Positions 26,811 through 38,620 of a stretch of 64,000 nt of DNA are shown in pieces. The notes under the pieces were generated by a model, which saw only the letters and a list, made by a program, of their open reading frames with translations, had not been told where the DNA came from and made no database searches. Both the position numbers and the translations under genes were made by a program. Positions within the stretch are counted from its first letter, which is position 1. Every line of letters begins with the position of its first letter. Origin of the DNA: Mytilus trossulus (lineage: Eukaryota); NCBI RefSeq assembly GCF_036588685.1, contig NC_086385.1:23273216-23337215 (forward strand). The letters are read 5' to 3'.

Positions 26811-27481
26811 AGGGGCAATAGCTGTCAAATTCATGGTAACCGATTTGACTCAAATTCTCATATTTGATTTATAACAATGTAAAACATTTATCCAAACTGC
26901 CAAAAGTCTAAAATAAACAGTATACAGAGCATGGTATAGATAATATGTAGGTTCGTTTCGTGTGTATGTTAGTCCAGACGCCATCTAATTAACTATTGAT
27001 TTGACCTCAGATGACCATATAAGCGATGTAAACATAAATAAAGATATGAATAGATTAAACCAACACGTGCAATAGGATTTTCATAGGTCTGTTTGATTTT
27101 ATCTTATGTGTCTCATTGTTTTTTTACTGTATACGAATGATTTTATATAGATCGAATCAGTAATCAAATGATTTACCGAAGTTTCACTTTCATTGTTGAC
27201 ATTCGTTTTCTTTAAATAACCTGTACACGTATAAAGCATGCGTTGTCAATCTCTAGCAAGGGGTTAAATTGAAGTTCACATGAATACGGACTTATTGAGG
27301 TTGGCTAATTCAATTGCAAGCGAAACAGTAATTATCAAGGTTTCATCGCTTAATTTGACAGAATTAAACCATTTTGGCTGCTAAAAGCGAATTATTTTTT
27401 CACTATAATTTCACTTTTATTATTGATTGAACAAAAGTAATCTTACTTAAGATTTTTATATATCTCTTAGCAAATGCCCCT
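26811..27481. mobile_element. Kolobok-like non-autonomous DNA transposon
   Basis: TTAA at 26807-26810 and 27482-27485; TIRs AGGGGCAATAGCT / AGCAAATGCCCCT. Confidence 0.75.
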
Positions 27482-27512
27482 TTAAAGAGTTCATTTTGAT
27501 TTTATTTTTTAG

Positions 27513-27626
27513 AAGGACATGGCACAAGATGTTCTGCAATGAATGGAAAGTGTAAAAGATCATGTTTATCAACAGAAATAGCTCTGACTGGACATGGGTG
27601 CTGTCATCATAAAAAATGTTGTAAAG
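27513..27626 (+). CDS. Cys-rich secreted peptide, exon 2: beta-defensin/big-defensin-like domain (EGHGTRCSAMNGKCKRSCLSTEIALTGHGCCHHKKCCK)
   Basis: T-rich acceptor (NAGNAG tagaag), donor AAG|gttagt, phase 1-1; C-x6-C-x3-C-x11-CC-x4-CC with GxC and C-x3-E. Confidence 0.85.
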
Positions 27627-28050
27627 GTTAGTATTATTAAATGTAAATGAATTATTTTTTTTGTAAAAAAAAACCGGAAATGTTCATTTATTCAAAACAA
27701 ACTTTTGTTGGATTATTAGTTGCTTGAATATGTTTAGCTTGAATGACTGTTTTTTTGATATTATAAGTTTAACATGGTTTAAAATATATAAAAATAAACA
27801 GTTTTCGGATTGTGTGAGTATTAAGCGTTTTTTTCTGAACTCCAAAGGGTTGTTCAACCTATATTTTAAAATACAAGAATATTACAAAATATAAATATCA
27901 ACTTAGCAGATAAAAAACTCAACGGAACGAGAAAAAAATCAACTATGTTTATTTCGGATTATTTCGAAAACATGTCGAGCATGTCTTGTAAAATGTCACC
28001 TACCTTTTATATGTATAAAAAAAGTTACTGAATATTTTTCTTTTTCACAG

Positions 28051-28199
28051 AACCTATAGCTACATGTAGGCCATCATGCCGCGATATTTGTGGGACGAAT
28101 GGATGTGGATGTATACATTGTGATTGTGAGTGTCATGGCAATTGTCTTGCGACCAATATTACTACTTGTTGTGAAGACTTCGTGACAGAGTGTACCTGA
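28051..28199 (+). CDS. Cys-rich secreted peptide, terminal exon: somatomedin-B-like domain (EPIATCRPSCRDICGTNGCGCIHCDCECHGNCLATNITTCCEDFVTECT*)
   Basis: tttttcacag| acceptor in phase 1; SMB signature SC-x3-CG...C-x-C-x3-C-x7-CC-x-D-F-x3-C; TGA at 28197; AATAAA at 28271. Confidence 0.85.
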
Positions 28200-28704
28200 T
28201 TTTTAAAGCATTTGCAATATGTATTGTTTATCATGTTTATTTGAGTAACTGTTACCAAATTAAAAAAAGAAATAAAAATAGACATGAAAAAATGTAGGAA
28301 TATATCTCCTTTTCTAAAGCTCTATTTTTATATCAATGTTTTGGTTCTGTTTCGTTTATATGTATTTCATTGGAGTTTTAAATAATCTTTTAGATTAGAG
28401 ATTGTACATTTTACATTGTTTAGTTGATATTTAGAGTAATGATAGAAAGATATTTGAATAATATATAGACTTTTATTTTTTTCAAAGATCTTCTCGACGT
28501 GTATATTTTATCTGAATATATCAGAAGTTATGAGAAAGGAATAGATGACAGTGGGTTAATTAGAGCAAAAAAATCAGACAACATCACCATGCTTAAACAA
28601 TTGACAAAAGGACAACGAACAAAACAAATAAGCACACGAAAATATTGTGTAACCCAAACGCCAACTCCAACCTTGCATTGAATTCTGTTTGATTTCGTTT
28701 CAAG

Positions 28705-31700
28705 ATGAAATTGAGAATGGAAATGGGGAATGTGTCAAAGACACAACAACCCTACCACAGAACAGACAACAACAGAAAGCCACCAATAGGTCTTCAATGC
28801 AGCAAAAAATTCCAGCACCCGGAGCGTCATTCAGCTGGCCTCTAAACAAATGTTAATACTAGTTAAGTGATAATAGACGTCAAACTAAACTCCAAATTAA
28901 ACACAAGAAACTCAAAGTAAAAAAAAGAAGGACAAGACTAACAACGGTCACACGCTCCTGACTTTGGACAAGTTCAAAAATGCGATTGGGTTAATTATTG
29001 TCAAAGGTACCAGGATTATAATTTAGTATGTTAAAAATGTTAATGAGTTCTCAACGCTCCCCCTTTACCTCTATCCAATGTTGAAAATTAAACGCAAAAC
29101 AGTACGCACATCAAATAAACAAAATGACAATTATACATAAATAACTGTGTGCGGTAACAGGGGGACAAGGCAACCTCACCATCTAGAAATAGATAATTAA
29201 CGATAGGAAATGAAAACTCATCTCTTTTATCATACCTTTTTTGTATTAAGCTGTCTGTTAAAGATATAGATATCAAAATCGAGGAAAGAGCAGTGGTCAT
29301 TGTGAGTAATTGCTTTTTTAAAATAAGTTCAACAGGATACATTTCTTTAGTATACATGTTCCGGACCATATGGGTATTTGAACCATACGCGTATGGTCAT
29401 GACCATATGCGTATGTTCATATGGTCCGACCGTACGCGTATGGTCAGACCATATGAGTATATACTCGTTTGGTTATAAACGGGCTGGACCATATGAGTAT
29501 TTGGACCATATAGGTATATTTTTCAATAATATGCATGAAAAAACTTTATGAAATAGCAATGATTGCTACATGCAATTGTATTGTTTACAATTCAAATAAC
29601 ATTAAATATTGATGACAAAGTTAGTTTTCGTCGCTAAATTGTTCTCTTGCATGGATGCGTAGGGTGACATTTACGTCCACACGGTACCATAGTTTTCTTT
29701 GGTCCTGGGTCATTCCGATGTGTCTACGGTGAAAAAGCTTTAGATCTCCAATATCGTAACATGACTGAAGTACATTATATCATTAGACAACTTTAAAAAA
29801 TAAACTAGTGTCCTTGCCTTTGAAGTCATTCGTATTTTTTTTTAAAACAAAACACGTATAAGTATAAACAATTATGAATATTGCACTGCTAATGCTTATC
29901 ATATTAAGTTTCATAAGTAAGCAATGTATTAGACTTTTCCGTCAGGTTATAGTAAAACAGTTGACTTCTTGTGTAACGTTTTATTAAAATATTTTTGGAA
30001 GTTATTTTCCCAGGTCGACATTTTGCCGTGCATTCACTCGTAATAACATATCGGTAATGAAAGAAAATGTGGTTAATATAGTTTTACTAGTGATGAAATT
30101 TAGTGTGTGACACTGCTTATTTTATTTTGCTAATCTTGTTATTCCTGATTTTTAATAATAAAAATGACCTTTGGTAGTGTCTTCTTAATGACGTGACAAC
30201 TAGACGGGTTATATAAAGAGGTAAGCATGAATGTACCTGTTAATTACCCCGACCATACGCGTACGGTCCGACCATACGCGTATGGTCGGACCATATGAGT
30301 ACATACCCATATGGTCATGACCATACGCGTATGGTCCAAATACTCATATGGTCCGGAACATACACACTGAAGTCATCATTATTGAGAGCCAATATATGAT
30401 CCAAATGTCTAAATGTATTTATTAATTTTTGGTATCTGATGTTGTTTCGAATGGTCTTTGCTGATTTTAGTCATACATTACAACTCATAGCAATACAGGA
30501 ACAGGTCCTTAATAAGTGGTGCACAGTTAGTTCTCATTGGAGTTACGATGACCTGACAATTTACGGTATCTACAAAGTGAACAAAAATGTTATTTAGTAA
30601 AATTCAAGGGCATTAAGTATGTCCAATTGAAAAAGTTCTTTTGTTTATTGCTACTAAAAAATTACCTGAAAGAGTTTGAATATATGTTATTACATTCTGA
30701 CTTGTTAAATGCCCATTTAATTAGGTGTGTTAATTTTTCTTAATAAGAATGTGAGACAATGTGGTATACTGGGTAGAAAAATCTAAACTTTGAACAGATT
30801 CAAAATCATAATCAAAATATAAGCATGTAATTTATCAAGTACTTCCAACGAGTTTTTGACACTCTAAACGTAACTCATTCAACTATTTTCAAATGTCTTA
30901 TTTGAACAATTTATTATCAGGTTTTTTATTGTTCCAACTGTACTGGTAAGAGGAATAGACGATTTAGTAGTGGAACAATGGCTTGAAGACGAAATAAGTC
31001 TATATCTATAGTTGTAAGGTGTTTTATGTAGCTTAAGAAGCCAGTACATAGACGGGACTTTCAATGTATTTGGTTCTACTTGTAAAGAGGTAGCTAAAAC
31101 TTTTATGTTTGTTACAGATGTCGTTTTCTGAAAATGGAGTCAGTTGGAATGTTGGTGAATTGGTGATTACTTTTTTCATAACCTCAATGTAACATTTACG
31201 TCTAACAATAATGATATCATTGTCAGGTTTATCGGCTGGGACAAAAACAAATTCCTTGGCTAGTTCTTTAAGTTTATGCTTGATGCGAGAAATAAGTTTG
31301 TTATGGCTGTTTTTAAGAGTAAAATGTTCTTAAAAATGTTGAATACGTATATCAAATATGTGCATTACTGAATTAAAAAAAAAATCAAAGATTTTTTGTC
31401 AGCTTTTCCCCGTTTTATCAATTTCAAACAGTACGTACGGAGTGAGCCGTGGATGATATTAAGACACTCATTCCAATTAATGATTGAAGGGGGCGATATG
31501 TAGGTTTATTACTGATACTATCATTAAGACTGAGAGGGTAGACTGTCTGTAAATGTTTAATCCAATTTAATTCAATTAGTTTTCGTGATCTTACAAACTT
31601 TGAATGCGATTTACCAGGCTGCTTATTTATCACTTCTAAAGGTTGAACTGTTAAATATTTGATAGGATGATTGTGCTCTTTATGGTGTTGATAAATGATA

Positions 31701-32110
31701 CTTTTGAATTTATAGGGTCTTTATATATCGATATAAATGTTCTCGCGTGCGTTTAGATAAATATCGTTTAGTTTCAGCTACGTTCTGAATACCGCATCCC
31801 TGTTTGTTCCAGATGATTAAATAAATAATACTGTTTGTTTTTCAAGTATATCAGTTTCAAAATTTAGAGAAAATGTGCGACCATTAAAAGTGGACCTTAC
31901 CGTATTGTTGGTTGAAAGATGGGGACATGTAACTCTTTTTTTTTCGCATAACACTTATCGATAGGAGGGTAGCCACGATTTTTATTGTCAAAATTGTTAG
32001 CGATGGTAGTATTTTTAGATAAGCGGTTGAAGATAAGATTGAGACGTGTAGATACCCATTGAACGAGTTTAATATCTAATATTTTTCCATTTTTACACAT
32101 ATATAAGGAT
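28705..32110 (-). mobile_element. Decayed Naiad-type Penelope-like element, copy 2: GIY-YIG endonuclease upstream of RT, ending in a family-B tail
   Basis: Order on the minus strand: DKCYAKK (31950); IIYLII...CGIQNVAET (31830-31770); ELNWIKHLQTVYPLSLND (31575-31520); FVFVPADK (31250); YWLLKLHKTPY; DFSTQYTTL; MRTNCAPLI; LDHILALNNDDF; SFLDFDI; YDKRDEFSFPIVNY (29230). Confidence 0.85.
29357..30360. mobile_element. Ginger-like non-autonomous DNA transposon inserted in the RT of Naiad copy 2
   Basis: TGT...ACA termini; >100-bp TIRs built from ACCATA(CGCG/TGAG)TATGGT units; 4-bp TSD TACA (29353-29356 and 30361-30364). Removing it restores the RT frame FSVYTKE. Confidence 0.8.
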
Positions 32111-32399
32111 ACGAAAAAAAACCCAGGCACGTCTCTAACCTCTATCATCACTAAGTTGCATCTTTATGTTAAAGTTGATTTTACGTTATTATTTTAACTC
32201 ATGGTTCTGGTTGTATCAAACTCAGTTGATAATGCGCTATTTTCTTGTTGGCAACTTAGGAAAGACGACATCTTGAATTTTTGTATGTATTAACACATTT
32301 GCTATTGTAAATTTTGAAATATTGTCTTTAATCTTTGCTAATGTGATTGGTCTATATGCAAGTGTGCTTGTTTATTACATATTTGTTTGTTTAATAGTG

Positions 32400-32705
32400 A
32401 TATTATAAGCAGTGTGGATTGTCGTACCCCTTTTTTGACATTTGTATGTACAAGATCTGTTTGTTTTGTGTACACATCTTTGTCAATATAATTGCATTTG
32501 ATGCGACTGTACTACAAGTGGGAGGTTTAGCTAGCTTTAAAACCAGGTTTAATCCATCATTTTGTACATAAGGATATATATGTACCAAGCCAGGAATATG
32601 ACATTTGTTTATTCTTTTGATGTTTGAGATTTTTATTTTTGCCATTAGATCTTGCCTTTTTAAATTCGTAGCAGAGAACATTATTTTTTGTATCCTACTT
32701 TTTCT
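32400..32705 (+). repeat. Retroelement 3' tail (family A)
   Basis: Homologous to 10478-10710. Other copies at 41093-41312 (-), 48210-48303 (-), 53930-54035 (-) and 57565-57755 (+). Confidence 0.75.
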
Positions 32706-32930
32706 GTGTAGATAAGGACCCTTCTTCCAGATGTTTTCTTTATAGGAAAAGCAAGCCGTTCAATATTGTATGATTTCCGTACACAGTTGTTTTTTCAATG
32801 TTATCAAAAAAAAAAAAAAAAAACTCCATTTAGACCTCTATGCAATATAGGAAATACAAAACGGTAGATGGATGGCAAATTGGTATCACTTGTTTGATAT
32901 CGAATTTTATATAATATATATATATGTTTA

Positions 32931-33475
32931 AAACTAGATATGTCAAAACGACACGAATGGCCTAATCTCAAAAAAGTTGAAAAATCTGCAATTTCAATAA
33001 CGCATGTGGACACAACCACGATGGTAGTCTAAAAATCTGAAAGCATCTATACAAAAGTCCGAACAACTGTGATTTTTAACAATTTTCGAAGTTGTAAACC
33101 CTTAATTTTAGCAAAAATCAGGGGAGCAGAACTTAACTTAAACTTGATCTGTGACTCGTCGTGGTTAACTCACATCCAAAAATCATCCCAATATATAAAG
33201 GTGTTTAGTAAAATGAGTCCATATAACTGTGACTTTCAACAAAGTCTCAAAGTCCGTATGTTTGGCAAAAAGTAACCGAGCGCAACGAAACTTAAACTTG
33301 GTCTGTAACTCCTCATGGTTAGCTCACATACAAAAAATCAGCCCAATATCTGAAGGCGTTTAGAAAAAAACTCCGTTTAATGGTTAGTTTCGGAATGACG
33401 GAATGACGAAATGATGGAGTGATGGACAAGGATAAAACTATATGGCACCAACAACTTCGTTGCGGGTCCCTAAAC
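32931..33475 (-). mobile_element. Degenerate HINE-like element with two ~155-bp core repeats
   Basis: aacttaaacttg(a/g)tctgt repeated at ~33135 and ~33289; GGAATGAC microsatellite at 33392-33427; eroded terminal hairpin. Confidence 0.55.
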
Positions 33476-34487
33476 AAACGTCAGTAGTTAACTGATGATG
33501 TAGTCTTTTTAATCGAATTGACCTGAAAACACAACACAAGGCACCAACAAAAAATCGAAATGAAGTAAGACCGGGAACTTTGTAAGGTTAGTCGCCTCCC
33601 GCTGTGTATTCTTCACTTGCCATGCACACTTCTATTCAGTCAAGATATCGCCATGGGTAATGTGACACAATCGGTATTAATCAAAACGGTATTGAAGACA
33701 GACCAAATAAGATTAACATCTTTCCATAAGACTGTTTTAAAAAACCTTGTTATTTTGAAACAATTTCGTTACATATAATGTTTCATTTGTATGGAAGTAT
33801 TCCAGTTGAATTTTATGTTCTCATTTGAAATCATCTTAATTTATTCAAATACTACACACTACAAGGTTTATTTAACAATTATATTGCTGCAATCAACTTG
33901 TTCTGATTTCACTTTACGCATAATAAATGTTCAAGCAAAGATTTTTTTATAATAAACGAAACAAAAAGTCTTACTTGATGTAACATACAGCAATCAAAGG
34001 CTGTAATTGAGCTTCTTAAACATGTTAAAGACAAGCGTTCATCAACTGTTGTTTTTGTCTATTTTTGTGTTTGTCGATTATACAATCTTTGCAATAAACT
34101 AAGAGTCTTCGATTGTTTCATTGAATACTTTGTTCACATTTTAACTTATATCATTCTGTGATATATGTCCATTAAAGATCAGCGAACATATTTATTTTTA
34201 ACATTTCTTTTTTTTAAATTCCGGTAAACAGAAGTGGAATCCATACCCGAATTCAGGAAAAAATATCACCGTACTTTATTCACAATTTATGTATATCCGT
34301 GGTGAATTAATAAATAACAGGTTTTTTCTCGGATTGACAGTCCAGAAAGTTGAGCAATACTTTGATACTTTCTCTCTCTCATCTTCGTGTAATACGACTA
34401 AGGATAACAATTCGTTATGAATTGGTTCCAAAACAAAAATAATTATTTTTTATGTTGATGTTCATCATGTTCATTCCCCCAGAGATG

Positions 34488-34708
34488 TTAAGATATATTC
34501 ATCAGTTCCAACTGATCTGCACGTCTAAACGTACTTTTCCGTCTTGAGATAAACGTCCTGTTATTAAAAGTTAGAAATATGATCGGATTCACCATACTGT
34601 TGAGTGGTGCGAGTGCTATAAGAATATCAAACCATCCGCCGTAACCTAGATCACCATACAGATTCAAAAGCCCGGCTAGGATAAAAGGCATCCAACAAAC
34701 GATAAAAG
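34488..34708 (-). CDS. Peptide GPCR, coding exon 6 (end of TM6, TM7, C-tail: FIVCWMPF...ALAPLNSMVNPIIF...ELMNIS*)
   Basis: CWxP and NSxxNPxxF motifs; catttcag| acceptor in phase 1. Confidence 0.93.
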
Positions 34709-37097
34709 CTGAAATGTAAGAGAAAACATAATGATTAGCTAATTTAATGTAATATTTAGGTACAATCATACTTAGTGACAAAGTGTAAAAAAATATATCG
34801 ACAGGGAACAAACTACAATGTATGCTTAATAGCAAATTATATTGATCGTTTAAAACGGAACCTTAGAATACATTCTTACACACATTTTCGTTTTTTTAAC
34901 AGTAGGTACAAAAAATAAATGCAGGTATTAAAGTATCAAAAATATCACAATGTTATTAACAGGAAAGGACACCAAGATCCTCAAAGTGTACCATTTTTGA
35001 GAGTATGTGAAATTGCAATTTCTTCTCCTTTATCGCTGTTTGTATAAGACATATGAAGACTACAATGTATGTTTGCACTTGACTTTATCAAAAGAAGAAC
35101 TTTTTGAAGTTAGTACTGATTTGAAATGCCTAAGACTGAAATATTGAAAGCATAATAGAATGATGCCTTCTAAAAGTTTGGAATAATGCGTCTCTGTTTG
35201 TATCTGTTCAAAAAATAATAAATAATAAATACTGCCTAACGTCCAATATCAAATTATCATTTTAATGCGAATCGTTTAGAACGAAACTTTTAATTGGATG
35301 ATGGATGGCTAGCTTTCTAACTCTAACAGTCCTTAACAAAGGACAGTCACCATAATTGTGGTTTCCGATTTTTGTTGTTTTAAATTGCTGAAAAAAGTTA
35401 AAGAAAAAGGTCACATGTTATGCCTCAAAATGCTTTTTGGTGTCAATATTTGTAACATTCAGAAGCGTCCGAAAAAAAAGATACGCCTTGTATTTATCGT
35501 TGACATCCAGGGTATACCTATTCCGTCAAATTGTTTAGATGACAAAGATGAAGTAACAGGTTATTAGAGGTATTTTATATATGGCATTTAAATTCAAAAA
35601 TTTTTACCAAAATCGAATGTATCTTAATTTGTTGCATTTTCATAATTATAACAGTATTTTGTTTTAAAATTGTTTTCAATTCAAAATAAAATCTAAAGAT
35701 TAAAAGACATTACAGTTATCTCCTCATGGTTGATATATTATGACTTACATGTTTTAGATCCTTACCAAACTCAAATTACGATGTTTTTTTCAAAGAAAAT
35801 AAACAAAGTATCAGATAAGGGTACCGTGAGTGTATTTATCCCACTTGAAAGACTAATGCCTATTTACCAATCTTTAATTTAATGATAAAACGACGTAGAA
35901 ATTATTTAAAAACATTTCAATACATAAGGGGATGACAGGAGTTTTCTGGTTACAGATTAACCTTTTGGTAGCTTAGTTGTTCAGTGCAAATTATGTATAC
36001 AGACTTATTAATCTATTCTTTTTCCTGACATTTTTTGTTATTGTAAATTTGAAAAAAAATAATGAAAAATCTTTATAAAAATCCAAAAAGACATTTAATC
36101 CAAAACATTTTTGTTAAAGATACCAGCGGTTTATTAAATAAATCCAAAATAAATTAAAACCGGCGATTCATTGAGGTCAATGACATTAGATATTCATATC
36201 CGATGTTCAATCATTTGCACAGTGCGATGGAAATGTAGTGTTAAAATATCATTTTCTAATTCAATTTACAGCCAAGTTTGAATGTTTGTCAATAAAGTGT
36301 GATAAATAAAAGAAAATACAATCTGAAAACCAATCCTGCGAGTTTGTATGTCATTTTATAGAATGCATTTAATTATATTCAATTTTATAAGGAACTTTCA
36401 ATTTCCTCTTCTCTTGACACTCTATGAGGATGGATGACCATTTTATTTTAAAAGAAAAATATTGTTGACGAAAAATAAAAAGAGAAACGCTGTTATCGTT
36501 AATGGCAATCTTCTAGCATTGTAAAATACGACAAAAGGACTATACGACAATACAATCGATGAAATAATGATATTACATTTCGGTACGGGAAGGTTAATAA
36601 ACAAGTATTTGAAAGACCCTTTTCATGCTTAAATCACGGAAAATTGGATTGCATGGATAATAAGTTTTATGTAATGAATAACTCCTTTTGAATTTGATAT
36701 GCAAACTAAAGTTATATCAAACTGATTTGCCAATCAAATGGCATTGATGAAATTCTAAATAATGTCTGAACGACGTGAGAAATATCATAATTGTTTTTCC
36801 TAAGGTTTCGTTTTTTTATTTGATGTTGTCAAGTAATGGTAACGTTTACTCTCTCTAATATACAATATAATTCCGTAATGCTGCTATATTTGTTTTCGTT
36901 AGACCCATCTTTTTAATATTAATTTTCAGAAGTCAGAAAAAAAATAACCATTCATAATATTTTGCGTTTAACCATATCTACGTTGGTATACAGGTTATGA
37001 ATATTTTCTTATGAGGACTGCTTTAATACATAGTATTTGTGCATAGAGACATTTGATATAGAGGTTGAAATACGCTATCCGTAATATTAGCAATGCT

Positions 37098-37300
37098 GTT
37101 TTACCTAAGGCATAGATCACCTTAGCTGAATTTGGTAAAACTTTTAGGGATTTTGGTCCTCAATGCTCTTCATCTTCGTACTTTATTTGACCTTTTTAAA
37201 TTGTCTTGGATTCGAGCGTCACTGATGAGTCTTTTGTAGACGAAACGCGTGTCTGACATATATACTAAATGTAGTCTTGGTATCTATAATGAGCTTATGT
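37098..37300 (+). mobile_element. Penelope-like-element 3' fragment with hammerhead ribozyme
   Basis: Homologous to 6125-6327. Confidence 0.7.
37214..37259 (+). ncRNA. Minimal type I hammerhead ribozyme, intact core
   Basis: gtca-CTGATGA-gtct(tttgt)agac-GAAAC-gcgt-GTC-tgac; stem I gtca/tgac is perfect. Confidence 0.75.
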
Positions 37301-37777
37301 ATAGTGTTTGACGATTTTTGTCGACGTCAATTTGTCAGATTATGTTTTTTTGTTACAAAATATATATATTTTTATTTAGGAAAACTGAATTCTATATATC
37401 GAGATATAATAAACCATACAATTCTCGAACTGTATATAAACTAAAAATTATTCCTTAATTGATGTGACTGCTATATCACAAATCGTCTTATGCAATAAAT
37501 TAGACACTACAATTGAAGGAACCAAATATGAGCGCCAACCACAAACCTGTCTTTAAACCTAAATATCAAGTTAAATACGTTATAGATAGAACAACTTATA
37601 ACCATTTTATGATCAGACTTTGCTTTGTGCAATTGTTTTTTTTTACAAATGAATAAACGAACTGAATAAATTAACAATACAAATTATATTTCAATCACAT
37701 TTCATTTTATTTGACAAAATTATGAATTGTTTTTGAATAAGTTGTTATCAAAGGTACCAGAAATGTTTTTTAGTATT

Positions 37778-37821
37778 CAAGGACGCTCGTTTCGTCAATA
37801 TAAGACTCACCAGTGACGCTC
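37778..37821 (-). ncRNA. Hammerhead ribozyme variant (CTGGTGA core)
   Basis: Reverse complement gagcgtca-CTGGTGA-gtcttatattgac-GAAAC-gagc-GTC. Confidence 0.55.
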
Positions 37822-38482
37822 ATATCAAAAAAAGTTATAAATCGAAACAAGTAAACATGGTTTGTGTGGATCACAATACAGCGTTCTTAACAAACGTAAC
37901 TATAAAAGATGCTATGAAATCAACTTCAATCAATTAAGAAAATTTAATTTAACATCTACAATCAACATCAGACTTCACAAAAATAATAATAATAAAAAAA
38001 ATATGAAGTACAAAAACTGATAATATTTTTGACATTAGACAGTGACATGAAAATATTTCGTTCAACCCCCTTTCAAAACATCTTTAATTTCCTAATGTTA
38101 TGCTATTCTTAGGTCGAAATTTAAGAAAAATATATAGCGTTTGTTAAAATCATTTAATGCATACTACTTTTGATTAAGCTTATAATCAGTAGTATACACA
38201 TGTTCAACGTTTGAACGTGTCCCAAGTCAAGTAATTGTTAGTCTTGTTTGTAATTTTTAATTAAGTACATTTAGATGATTTCTAGTTCAATTTCGTCCAC
38301 TTCTTTTGAACTTGTATACATTTATTAGAAGGCGACGGCTGATACCAGCCTTAAGTGCGGGACGTTCTCGCCAAGTTAAAAACCTATGAGTGGTTTTGAG
38401 TTCTTTTCTACTCTTTAGTCGAATTATTGTGTCTTTCACGTTTCCATTATCATTTTTATTATCAATGCAATCTGCTACTTAC

Positions 38483-38575
38483 TGATGCTGACTACAAATG
38501 TCATGATCGTACTTCTCCTATTAGCTTTGGAAAAAACACGGCATCGACAGTTGTTTGTAGCTTGCCTTATTAAAC
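38483..38575 (-). CDS. Peptide GPCR, coding exon 5 (ICL3-TM6: GLIRQATNNCRCRVFSKANRRSTIMTFVVSI)
   Basis: tatag| and A|gtaagt, 93 nt, phase 1-1; SKA-x-R-x3-MT motif typical of vasopressin/GnRH/CCAP-type receptors. Confidence 0.9.
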
Positions 38576-38620
38576 CTATAAAACACATTGACAATTATTA
38601 TAGCTGTCATAAAAACAGAT

